In this document: positions 29,198 to 41,283 of the stretch, one piece after another | Numbering within the stretch: the stretch's first letter is position 1 | Layout of the letters: each line of letters starts with the position of its first letter | Assembly (NCBI GenBank): GCA_050230475.1 | Contig: JBFLGF010000058.1 | Location: forward strand, 1-64,000 | Direction: 5' to 3' | Length of the DNA: 64,000 nucleotides | From: Ancylonema sp. | Lineage: Eukaryota | Notes under the pieces: generated by a model | Database searches by the model: none | Seen by the model: only the letters and a program-made list of their open reading frames with translations | Told to the model about the DNA's origin: nothing | Translations under genes and position numbers: made by a program

Positions 29198-32100
29198 TGT
29201 TAGGGACGGATGCAAAAGGCGTCCCTAGCAAGCAAGTTGCAATATGCACACAAGCGGAAAGATGGCGAAATGCCGGATAGGACGAGATGGGATGAGACGA
29301 TGGACATGGTGGTGATATAATCGGGAGTGTAAGTACATGAGTTGATAGGAATGCTCTAAAGGCATTCCTATCGACTAGATATAGGAACTGGCTAAAGTCT
29401 GAATCCACGACTACAAGTGGGATAACTCACTCTCAATATGATAAGGACACATCAAGTCTGGCTAACACAACTGCCGAAGCTAAGGACACACCAGAATACT
29501 CCCTAGGGGCCAGGCGGCCGCTAGGGACACAACTCCCACTCTATCGGGACAGAACTCGCTATAGAGGAAACTGTGCTAGTAGCGCTCTAGCGCTAAGTGT
29601 GGAGACCTCGCTAAGGTGCCCTAGTGACTGTAGCGAGGGTCCTAACAGTACCCCCCCCTCAAGGCGCGGAACGCGATGAGGGAGGCGGTGCAGGCCGAGA
29701 CGCCGAGCGGGAAACGTGGCATGAAAATCTGCGACCGCGTCTGCAGCATTTTCCATGTTGTCGGCAGGTTCCCAAGAACGCTCCGATTCATCGTGCCCGA
29801 CCCAGTCGACGAGGTAAAAGAGCTGGCCTCGCACGATCTTGGAATCCAGAACTGTGGCCACCTCATGTTGTGGCGCGCCGTCCACAAGGAGGTGGAGGCG
29901 CCACGACACGACCCTGGGATGTTGGTATGGTACGGCTCCAGGAGGAGGCTGACGTGGAAGACCGGATGGATTTTCACAGAGGACGGCAGCTCCAAGCGAT
30001 ACGACGAGGTGCCGATCTGGCCAAGAACCGGAAAAGGGACGACGGACATCCAGTTTCGACGAAGGACGAGTGGATCCGACGTGGCGCCGGGACAGCCATA
30101 CTTTTTGACCAAGCAAGGCGAAAATATCGGAGCCGATCTGTTTCCATCGCCCGCTGGGATTTGCGAAGCGCTGACTGGAGGAAATCTTGGGTGTCGTGGA
30201 TCTTTTTGACATAATCGTGTGGTGGCGGAGTGCTTGGAGTTGTTGTAAGCGAACTCCGCGAGCGGCAGAAGTTTTGACCAATCGGATTGCTGGTAATCGG
30301 TGTAGATTCGCAGATATGGCTCGAGAACCGAAGTCAGGCGCTCCGTCTGCCCGTCCGTCTGCGGGTGAAAAGCAAAGGATCGGTTTGCCCGGACACCGAG
30401 CAGCTCCAACAACCGGCGCCAAAAGTGGTGAAGATGGGATCGCGGTCGCTGATGAGGCTGCTGGGCAACCCATTCAGGCGCACCACCTGCTGCACGAAAA
30501 GCGCTGCGACCTCTTGAGCCGCCATGGCCTTGGTGGTAGGGATGAAGTGGGCCTGTTTCGTCAGCCGGTCGATGACCACCAGAATTGCGTCATGGTAGTC
30601 GCTAGGGGGAAGGTCTGTTATCCAGTCGAGGGAGACACTGGTCCAAGGCTGGGTAGGGATTGGTGGGGGAGACAACAGTCCGTAGGGCGCATGGCGCACC
30701 GGCTTGTTCCGGGCGCAGATGTCACACGTACGCACGTATTCTTCCACTTCCTTCGATAGGCCAGGCCAGTGGAAGTACTGCGCCACCAGCGCGTGTGTGC
30801 GGGCAGTGCCGAAGTGGCCTCCCATAGGTGCGTCGTGGTACTGTGTCAGGATAGAGAGGATAAGGGCTGCCGCGTTAGGGGGAATAGCGAGGCGGCTGCT
30901 ATGGTAGAGAAGGCCGTCTCGTAGGTTGTAGGGGAATTGAGACTCGCCTGCAGTGCGACTCGGGTTGGATTCCCGAGCGGGTCCGGGTTGTAGGGAAGTA
31001 GCGATAGCGTGTAGGGTTGGGTAGGCCAACTGAGCAGCGCGAATGTCCGGGAGGATAGGGTCGTTAGGTACGAGGAGGATAGCTGCAGCACGCACCGGGG
31101 GAACTGGTAGAAGAGCTGGTGGTGGGAGGACTGGGTGGGGGGATGTGGTTGGCAGCAGATAGTCAGATCTGCGGGAAAGGGCGTCCGGCTTGCCATTGCT
31201 GGACCCCTTCCTGTAGACTATAGTGAAGTCGTAGGCTGCCAGCGTCTCGGCCCACCGCGCATGCCAGCGGGATGTAGTGCGAGCGGCCTGGAAATACTCT
31301 AGGTTCTTATGGTCGGTGTAGACGACGATAGGGTGGGCCGCGCCTTCCAAGTAGACTCGCCACTAGCGAAAGCAGCCACGATGGCGAGCAACTCTTTGTC
31401 GTAGATAGGATAGTTGAGTTCGGCTGGGATGAACTTCCGGGAGTAGTATGCTACGGGGTGGAGCTCGCCCCCCGGGATCTGGGCTGCGACAAAACGCAGC
31501 CGAGGCCGAAGTCTGAGGCGTGCTACTTCGATGGTAAGTGGCTGCAGTGGCTGGAAGTGTTGCAGGACGGGAGCTGAGGTGAAGGCCTTGAGGGATTGGA
31601 AAGCTTCCTACGCCTCAGTTGTCCATCAAAATGTTACCCCGTTCCGAGTCAATGAGGTAAGGGGGCACGCCACCGTAGAATACCCGTTAATGAAACGTTT
31701 GTAGAAGTTAGCGAAGCCGAGAAAGGACTGGACCTCCTTGATTGACTGGGGTTTGGGCCAGTCAAGGAGAGATGCCTCTTTCTCGGGATCCATACCCACG
31801 CCGGCTTGGGATACCCGGTAGTCGAGGAAGTCAATAGTGTCTGTGTTGAACTGACACTTCTCGATTTTAGCATAGAGGTTGTTCTCGCGTAGGATTGCCA
31901 GGATAGCACGGACGTGGGGTACATGTTCGGCAGGGGAGGGGGAGTAGATGATCATGTCGTCGAAGAAGATTTGCTAGGAAGACGTCTAGAGGCTCGCGAA
32001 AACACGTCGTTAATGAAGGACTGAAAAAGGCTGCCGGAGCATTGGTAGGCCCGAAAGGGCAGACTTGGTACTCGTAGTGGCCGTAGCGGCAGCGGAATGC

Positions 32101-32992
32101 AGTCTTGTACTCATCCCCCCCTCTTTACCGCGCAGCTGGTGATAAGCGTTGCGTAGGTCTATCTTGGTGAAGATCGTGGCGGAGTTGAGGCGGTCCAGCA
32201 GCTCAGGTATGAGGGGTAAAGTAAAGGGCAGCGATTCACCGTGACCGCATTGAGCTAGCGGTAGTCCACGCACAACCTGAGTTTGCCATCAGCCTTTTTG
32301 ATGAACATAACCGGTGCTCCACCCGGGCTCGTTGACGGCCGGATGAAGCCATTCGCCAAGTTGTCCGTGATGTACGTTTTGAGAGTGGCCAGTTCCGACT
32401 CTGACAAGGAATATATCGCCCCCCAGGGGGGTTCCTTGCCTGGCAGGAGGGGGATCGCTAAGTCGTAGGACCTGTGGGGGGGAAGGGTGTTTGCAGCCTC
32501 CTCGGAGAACACGTCTGCGAAGTCGTGGTACTCGGGAGGGAGCTTGGCTAACAGAGCGGGCTGGGGGGAGGTTTGCACAGCGTTCAAAACTGCAGGTTTG
32601 GGCTGGGTACAGGGAGGGGGAAGGGGGGGGGGGGGGGAAGTACTAGACAGCAGGCACTGAGCAGCAGAGTGTGGACTGGTGAGGGACAGGGTGCCTGACC
32701 GCCAGTCTATGTTGGGGTTGTGCTTGTGCAGCCAGGGGAAACCCAGGACGAGTGGGCAGTGCGCCAGTCGGGTGACGTCTAAGGTAATGGTTTCTGTGTG
32801 GTCGCTTGGGGATCGGAGTTGTGCTGAGAAGTAACAGGTAATGGGGCCAGCAGCTGGAGGGCTGCCATCAATAAGCTCGACCGGGATAGGTTGGGGATGG
32901 GGGTGGGTGGGTAGGTTGTTGTCTGCTAGGAGGTGGGGGTCTATGAAGTTGCTTGACGCCCCAGAGTCGATCAGCACGCGGACAGGTATGGG
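29198..32992 (-). mobile_element. Degenerate Ty3/Gypsy chromovirus (Tcn1-like): protease, RT, RNase H, integrase, chromodomain, PPT and 450-bp 3' LTR (29198-29647); 5' part lost at N 32993
   Basis: [123 protein letters not shown] ends TGTTAGG...CCTAACA; many frameshifts. Confidence 0.93.
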
Positions 32993-33567
32993 NAAAAATC
33001 TGTCGATTTCCGTGTTTTTGAGAGATTTCGTCGACACGCTGTCTGCCGACTCCATCTGGCACGTCAGATGTCATGCCGCTAGAGATCCTTAGAAAGTGAA
33101 GTCCTTTCAATTGTCGATCCGCTTGAAAAATAGCAATTTTGGTAATTGTCGATTTTTAATCGTTATATTGAACTCGTCGTTATATGAGTTTCAATCAGTC
33201 AGACGTTTGATTTGATAAAAAATTTATACTCAGTCAGTCTAGAAAAGTCGGTGTACCACTTTTTAGATTTTAAGTCCGAGTATTTTGTCGTATCGACGAG
33301 TTAGTAGATTCCCAGTGCACGCCGAGCTTTATCTCAGTCAGCCAGCCTGGCGTTTGAACCGCCGCACGTGTTAAATCTATAACTCTATAATAGACAGTCA
33401 CGATTGGCTGTCTAGTCGATATTTGTTTTCTACCTTAGATCAAGATAAGATCTAGATTACCGCGCGTATGAAACGGCGCGTCGATTGTACTAAAGCCTAA
33501 GTCGCTTTCTGAACTGCCAGCTTCCGCTGTCAATTTACGCTGTCTGAATTTCAACAACTCTTTGCAN

Positions 33568-34935
33568 AGTCTTCCATATAGTAAATAGTATGGAGTAGCC
33601 GGTAGATGCTTGTTTCTTCATGCGATAGCCCATGGCTACATATGGTAAATACAAATCCCGGTATGTGCGGTGTTCTTTTAGTAGTATTTTGTGGAGGGAA
33701 AGTTTCATGGTTTGTACCATGCGTTCACCTAATCCATCTATTTGTGGATGTTCTCTGGCTGGTGTGCGGTGTGTGATGTTGTGACCAACTAATAAACTTG
33801 TGAAGGAACCTTCGAATTCAGCTCCTTAATCGGTGAGGATTTCTCCTGGTGCACCAAATCTGGAAAGAACATTGTATAAAAGTGCGTTGGCAGCGGATTT
33901 GGCAGATTTATCCATGAGTGGTATGAGTTCCCCCCATTTTGTGAAGTGCTCAATACAGATCATGACATAGATATTGCAATTTGTGGATGTTGGTAATGGT
34001 CCGGCAAAGTCAACTCCCCAACGGTAAAAGAGACCACGTATTGGCAAAGGTTGTAGTTGTGTCCGTCCTTATGCAAATGTGCCTTTCGCGCGCGAGCAGT
34101 TGACGCAGTCTTTGATACATTGAATGACTTGGTCGCCCATTCCGTGCCACCAATAATCTTGTTGAAGAGCATGGAGTACTCTTTTGAAACCAAAATGACC
34201 ATAACGAGTGTGCATGGTCTTGATCAAAGGTATTCTTTCTGGTGGTGGAGGTACAATTTTCAGATCTCCAATGTTGGGTATTCTGTATACATGTCTCCCC
34301 ATCCAGCGGTATTTGAGTGCACGGCGGTATGTCCGGTCCTTTTGCTATTGGTTCAGAGTTGGTATGTATCGGTGGGTTTTGAGTAATGTCATGGTAGCAT
34401 TATCATCCCAAATGTCAACGTTGAGGTCTTCAGGTTGTGGTGTATCCTGGTGATAACTAAGGTAGTATGATGGTGATACTTGAAGAGTTGGAGATGTCTG
34501 GAAGTAATAACATGGTGTTTTTTCTCCGAGTGTCTCAATCTCATGGTTGTCTATAGTGGTTTCAGGTAGTGGACAACGGCTACATCCATCTGCGTTGGAG
34601 TTGGCTATGCCAGGGCGGTAGATAACTTGGAATTCGTATTCTTGGAGTAGGAGTGCCCAACATGCTAATTTACCCGCAAGTTTAGGAGTAGTAATTATCC
34701 ATTTGAGTGGTGCATGGTCGGTGATCAAGGTGAATGGTTTTCCAAACAAAAATTGTCTGAAATGTTGTGCTGCCCAAATGACTGCAAGACACTCGCCATG
34801 GAAACTATTGTAGTTTTTCTCTGCGTTGTTGCAGCTGCGGCTGGCAAATGCGACTACATATTCTTGTCCTTCTTTATCAACCTGACTCACTACCGCACCT
34901 TATCCATGAGCACTCCAATATGTAGCCAGAATGTA
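33568..34935 (-). mobile_element. N-bounded RNase H-integrase fragment of the PHD-Gypsy family
   Basis: EYVVAFASRSCNNAEKNYNSFHGECLAVIWA; LFYRWGVDFAGPL; parallels 35780-37146. Confidence 0.9.
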
Positions 34936-34936
34936 N

Positions 34937-37323
34937 AAAGGGGTTTTACCCTTAACGATCTCTAACGTCATGACAGGTGACGTGCGGTTTAGAGTCGGTT
35001 CCTTATAAGGGGGTTGCTGATGTATATCTGAGTTACATGGTGATCAATTGGTTGTTTTGATAAACTGCTTCGTTGATGTAGATTTTTACTGGTCTTGGTG
35101 TAGATGTCGATGGTAGACGGAGTAGGGCTCTGCTGCTCTCACTCCCCCCCCCCAGCTGTGGAATTCTTGTGGAAGAGTTGGGTATTTGGGGCAACGTCAT
35201 CGTGGTGGTGTTGACAGAACCATTGTCTAGGAGGAACGCTGGTTAATGGTGGACGTAGGCAGTAGATAGCCGTCGTTGCAGTCATCACAGAGAATGATGT
35301 TGCGTTCGTCTTTGCGGGATCCACCTTGGCGACAAAATGTAGGGTCTGCACTGTTGAATCGGTTGACGTCAATCTCATCGTCTTGGATGCTCAGGCTACA
35401 TGGTGATATGTTGGCCATTTGTTCCCATATTCTTCGTCCATCTTTGCCTTGAAGTTGAATGTATCCTGAGGGATAGATTTGAGTGACCGTGAGTAGTTGT
35501 GGGTGAGTCTTGACATCGAGAGTCCCTTTAGTCTGGCGTTTGACATAAACAAATTGTCTGCGGTGGAAGCGTGGTTGTGCTCTGGCCTAGTTGCCACTAT
35601 GAACTCGGAAGTATTAATGTCGATCTCTTTGTTGTGCTATGGCGAGGTTGCGCATAGCGAGAGGCATGACTTCTTCCAAATAGTTTGTTGCGTTCGTGAA
35701 TGAATTGTGGAAGTCACGTAGTGCGTCGGGTAAAGGGTCATTTTCAGCTTGTTGGATTTGAGCGTGAAAGATGGGGTGTCTTCCATATAGTAAATAGAGT
35801 ATGGTGAGTAACCGGTACGCTTGTTTTTTCATGCGATAGCCTATGGCTACATATGGTAAATACAAATCCCAGTCTGTGCGGTGTTCTTTTCGTAGTATTT
35901 TGCGTAGAGAAAGTTTCATGGTTTGTACCATGCGTTTAGCTAATCCATCTGTTTGTGGATGTTCTCTGGCTGCAGTGCGGTGTGTGATGTTGTGACCAGC
36001 TAGTAAACTTGTGAAAGAACCTTCGAATTTAGCTCCTTGATTGGTGAGGATTTCTCTTAGTGCACCAAATCTGGAAAGAACATTGTATAACAGTGCGTTG
36101 GCTGCGGATTTGGCAGATTTATCCGTGAGTGGTATGAGTTCCACCCATTTTGTGAAGTGCTCAATACAGATCATGACATAGATATTGCCATTTGTGGATG
36201 TTGGTAATGGTCCGGCAAAGTCAACTCCCCAACGGTAAAAGAGATCATGTATTGGCAGAGGTTGTAGTTGTGTCCGTCCTTTTGCAAATGTGCCTTTAGC
36301 GCGAGAGCAGTTGACGCAGTCTTTGATACATTGAATGACTTGGTCGCCCATTCCGTGCCACCAATAGTCTTGTTGAAGAGCATGGAGTACTATTTTGACA
36401 CCAAAATGACCATAACGAGTGTGCGTGGTATTGATCAAAGGTATTCTTTTTGGTGGTGGAGGTACAATTTTCAGATGTCTAGTGGTGGGTATTTTGTATA
36501 CATATCTCCCCATCCAGCGGTATTTGAGTGCACGGCGGTATGCCCGGTCCTTTTTCTATTGGTTCAGAGTTGGTATGTATCGGTGGGTTTTGTGTAATGT
36601 CATGGTAGCATTATCATCCCAAATGTCAACTTTGAGATCAACAGGTTGTGGTGTATCGTGGTGGTAACTGAGGTAGTATGATGGTGATACTTGAAGAGCT
36701 GGGGATGTCTGGAAGTAACAACATGGTGTTTTCTCTTCCAGTGTCTCAATCTCATGGTTGTCTGTAGTGGTTTCTGGTAGTGGACAGTGGCTACATCCAT
36801 CTGCGTTGGAGTTGGCTATGCCAGGGTGGTGGATAACTTGGAATTCGTATTCTTGGAGTAGGAGTGCCCAACGTGCTAATTTACTCGTAATTTTTGTAGT
36901 AGTCATTATCCATTTGAGTGGTGCATGGTCGGTGATCAAGGTGAATGGTTTTCCAAACAAAAATTGTCTGAAATGTTGTGCTGCCCAAATGACTGCAAGA
37001 CACTCGCCATGGAAACTATTGTAGTTTTTCTCTGCGTTGTTGCAGCTGCGGCTGGCAAATGCGACTACATATTCTTGTCCTTCTTTATCAACCTGACTCA
37101 CTACCGCACCTTATCCATGAGCACTCCAATATGTAGCCAGAATGTATGGTAAGTTGGTATCAGGTCGTCTAAGGACAGGTTCAGAACAAAGCTTGGTTTT
37201 TAGTTCTTTGAATGCAGTATCTTGAGAGTCGCCCTATTGCCATTTGAGATCGCCTTTGAGAGGTCCATTGAGTGGTGAGGCAATACTGGAGAGGTGTGGT
37301 ACAAATTTGCGGTAGTAGGAAAA
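34937..37323 (-). mobile_element. PHD-Gypsy copy 2: end of RT, RNase H, integrase, PHD finger, PPT and start of 3' LTR (35141-34937); degenerate, 5' end cut by a MITE
   Basis: YYRKFVPHLSSIASPLNGPL; ITDHAPLKW; HTRYGHFG..CVNC; WGVDFAGPL; HPQTDGLAKR; CDDCNDGY..CLRPPL..WFCQHH; PPT then TGAGAG. Confidence 0.92.
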
Positions 37324-37325
37324 TA

Positions 37326-37986
37326 CCGTATCGGGCACCCTAAATGGTTTCTAATTTCCCAAAGTTAATTATTTTCGTAATGATTTTTCAAAATGATCCC
37401 GGGATTCCGTTAGTTATTATCGATGATTTCTGGTAATGATTCCATGAATCCGTTAGTTATTATCAATGATTTTTGGGGATGATTCCAAGTTGTAGGAATA
37501 AAAAGCGTAAAAGATTTCCTTGTTTACGAATTAAAAATCAAATAATTTGTTCTTATCCGGGTCATTCTTACATGTTTACCGTACATTTTGACATCACAAT
37601 TCCACGTGGCAAGCACTCGTACTAGTCGCGATATCTCGAACGGCCACAATTTTGTCGTTGTGGATGGTCTTAATTTGTCGTGTAGTGCGTCTAGTCGGTA
37701 TTATTTCCCATATCGTGGGACTTTAGGGCCCGGTACGTAGTTTCTAACGTCGTAAATGTCACTCGTCCAAGAATGTGTCCTTTTGCACGTGCTTACTTTG
37801 TCGTGTACCCCGTTTCTTTACATCTAGAGTCACATTCAGGTGACCCCGAATTTCCCGTAAATGATTCCTAAAGCGGGTTTTATTAATGATTTTGAGTATC
37901 CTTTTTCTACCATTTAGTAATTAATTTAAATGATTACTTTCGGGTTTCAATAATTAATTAAGAATCATTTACGGTGCCCAGTACGG
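37326..37986. mobile_element. CCGTA pogo-like MITE (inverted copy of 23323-23971)
   Basis: TA-CCGTATCGGGCACCCTAAATG...CATTTACGGTGCCCAGTACGG-TA. Confidence 0.87.
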
Positions 37987-38391
37987 TATATACTATATAG
38001 AGTAGGCTTTTATATAGGACTAAAAAAAAGGGCAAAAAATATATCACTATATCGCGATTGTCTCTGTACAGTGTGTCACTATATCAAGACTGCACTGTAG
38101 GCTATACATGCTACGACTCCTAAAAAGTAGATCCACAAATTGAACGGCACGTGGCATTTCATGGAACCAAGATTCATACCCTACACGACAAGCCTCGTTT
38201 TGTCAACAGCCTCGTATTTCTTGCGCTCCTAATCCCCTGCCAAGACTTTTGACGGATTTGAAAAAGGTGACCAGGCATCTGTTCTGAAAGATAGGTTCAC
38301 ATTTGTCAAAGCCTCAGTGCAAGGTGTGGTTGGAGTCTTTGGCATCAGTACTAGTAGTATCACGAGGAGTTGGATCTTGTAGTGGGTCATC

Positions 38392-39909
38392 ATGGCTGAA
38401 GTAACGGGTGTGAAATTCCCCAAACTTATAACCGGGCCCGGTTTGAAGGATCTTGAGCTCGTTGGCTCTGGTATTCGGGAGAAGCGGATTGCGATTATCA
38501 ACGTGAAGGTCTACGCAGTCGTATTTTATGTGGATCACAGCTCGCTAGCCGAACCGCTGGCCTCTTTCAAAGGAGTACAAGGTGATTAGTTTCAAAATTG
38601 TTCAACTCCGCTCTGTATGCGGTGAACCTCGATAATAGAACCCCGAAAAAAACTTCACAAATTCATCGTGTCAAAGGTCGTTCCCAGTCTCTAAAGTCGT
38701 CCATCCATGAAAGTATGCATGCCCTTGGCTTTTCTACAGGATATTAGCAGCATACAGCCAAGGATCTGAGGCAGGTCACACGTATTTCATGAAATGGGGC
38801 GGGTAATTCTGACTGTCATGCCTTGATGACTAGTGAAAATATACAATCTTAATGTCCGTAGTGGACTCTGGGTGTAGTGAATCTGGGACTCCACAGGTTT
38901 TGGTAGAGGCAGTAACGAAATTTTGGACCCGTCTGAATTAGGTTCGGCATCAGAATTTCCTCATTCCAAATATGGAGCATGAGCGCGCTCCTCATGGCCT
39001 GCTGTAGGCTGCTCGTCTGCTCATTCATTCGTCTACTGGTCGATCACTTGGAATGCCAGCTGGATTTGTGATGTGGCAACACGATGAAGCTGAATGTCAG
39101 AATGACTTATGAACTACACAAAATCATAATTCAAGTGGTTTCTCTCACTCAGGATGGCATTTTTCTCACACTCTTGTGAGAATGTGAGCGTTTGCAGATG
39201 GAAAACTGAAGGACTCCTCTTTTTTCAAAGCCCTTGGAGGCGCAGCAGTGGAGAAGCTAATTTCGGTGAGTCCTAAGTGTGTCTTCTATTGCACCTGACA
39301 AGAAGCTGTCAGACTGCTTCACACGACCACTGATAGGTGCTGTTATGGACCTGCCAACTCTATTCTTGATGAATGTTTTGCGTGTGTGCACTTTGGGAGC
39401 AGTTTAGGGTCCTGACTTTGGGCCTTTTTCTTTTGCAACAATGATGACATCCCGATTCAGACTCAAGCGCTTGAGGCTATTTGCCTAACGTTTGTCTGAC
39501 TAATGTATACCTATTTGCTCGTCTTTTCCAAATGCAGATTGTCTTGCTAAGGGACTTGAAGTATGATCAGTTTGTAGGAGGCCTCACCGATAGACTCGAT
39601 CCGAAGCTGAAAGCACTGGAAGCGGGTCCTGAAGTCATAAAGGAGTTCGAAGCTGGTTTCACTGGTGTTGAGTTCAAGGATAGGACGAGGATCTACCTTG
39701 GACTTGCCCCCACTGCAGTGCACTTGACTGTAGTGAAGCCTGAGGACGTTACGGCGGAACTCAAAGTCCCGGAAGGTGCAAAGACAACTGTTGTTGATTC
39801 ACCACTTCTTGTAGCTGCATTGAATGATGTCTACTTAGGAGATGATGCTCCTTCTTGGAGTCTTAAAGACTCAATAGCCCAAACAATATCTAAGACAATT
39901 CTTGTATAA
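38392..39909 (+). CDS. Chalcone-isomerase-fold protein, fatty-acid-binding (FAP3-like) type. Exons 38392-38581, 39198-39265, 39538-39909
   Basis: TGVKFP...LVGSGIREKRIAIINVKVYAVVFY...EKLISIVLLRD...VDSPLLVAALNDVYLGDDAPSWSLKDSIA; in-phase GT-AG junctions. Confidence 0.88.
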
Positions 39910-41283
39910 AGCGATGTGTGATTGTTTAGAATTCGAAATACCACTCACAATATTACAACCTTATTACAGGCTTCGTATTCAATCAATGAGTATTGATTGA
40001 ATTGTGGGTAAAGTGACCACGTTAGGAAAACAACACTCTTTCATCCGAGCTTTTTTTATCGAACCGTATTTGTGTCTCTTGAAAAAAATATAAACCTTCC
40101 TTGCAATGGGTAGTTTGTTATGCATCGTTTTGCATACGTACATGATCACAACGATGGCCAATTGTTTTAGATTGGGCCAATCTGTGATACAACTACATTT
40201 TTTAAAAGTCTCTTTGGTCGACCTAAAATTCTCGAGTCCAGTGGATGTGCTCATTTCGGAAAGCTTGCTCCTTCATGATGCTTGTAGATTGTTGATGGAG
40301 CTTCACTATGCTGGGTTCCCCTCACTTTAGTAGATGCTCATTGAGTCTCAGCTGAGCCACTAACGAAGATGATTACTATTTAAGAAATCGATGGAGAGGC
40401 TACATTATCTACTTCTCATCGATGGTTTCCAACAAATGTGTTGTGTTATGGAACCTTCGGGAAGACCTAACGGAAAAAGTCTTGATGCATGTAGTTTTGA
40501 TGCAACCTGAAAACCTGAATTTCAATGTTTGTGATCAAAATGATATCTTCTTCTACAACACATGAACAAAATCGCCAGTCCAACAACAATACACACGACA
40601 ATTAAACATGTATAGTACTTGTGACGACAAGGAAGTTATGAGGGCGAGTGTATGTCAAACAACAAATACTAAAAAACTATTGTGCCAACACGGAACTTTT
40701 CATTGCGAGTGCATGTCAAACGCAAACAAAGAGTATGAATGGCAATTGGGTATCTACACAATAGTGGGTTGTATTGGCAATGGCCGAAGACAAGTATTCA
40801 GCCCACGGTAGACAAAAGCAACGGCTACTTGTAACGAGATGCATGACACATCCAACCAGAATACGGATGGCAATATGAATTGACAAAGAGTGCGATTCTC
40901 TACGGCGCATTTGCGGATGCTGGCCATATCATTTTTTTTTTTTTGGTTTAGACATAGTGTTTGCCGCGTCCAAATCGCACAATTTGAAAAGAGTACCGGA
41001 TATTTTGATTTGTGGGGCAACCGTCTTGAGTGCGTTGGTCAAAAAAAAATCCGGGATTTGGGCTGACTTGACGTGTTATTAACACGTCATTGTAGTGATC
41101 ACTGGCTATCAAGATCACTTTGATTACTAAGCATTATATAAAAACCTACGGCAAAGTTTTAGCCGGACTTATCGATCTAGAGAGTCATATCAACGATGCA
41201 AACAATAAGTGGCACTAGGAGCAAATAACTTGACACGTATGAGCTACTAAGGAATATCATAATACGTCATCGGATTGAATGTA

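Noticed and set aside
28809..29408. 199-aa host PHD gene
   Set aside because: Chimeric ORF: the N-terminal part is chromovirus LTR, the rest is retroelement pol
29624..30759. Long plus-strand ORFs over the chromovirus
   Set aside because: Antisense shadows of GC-rich pol
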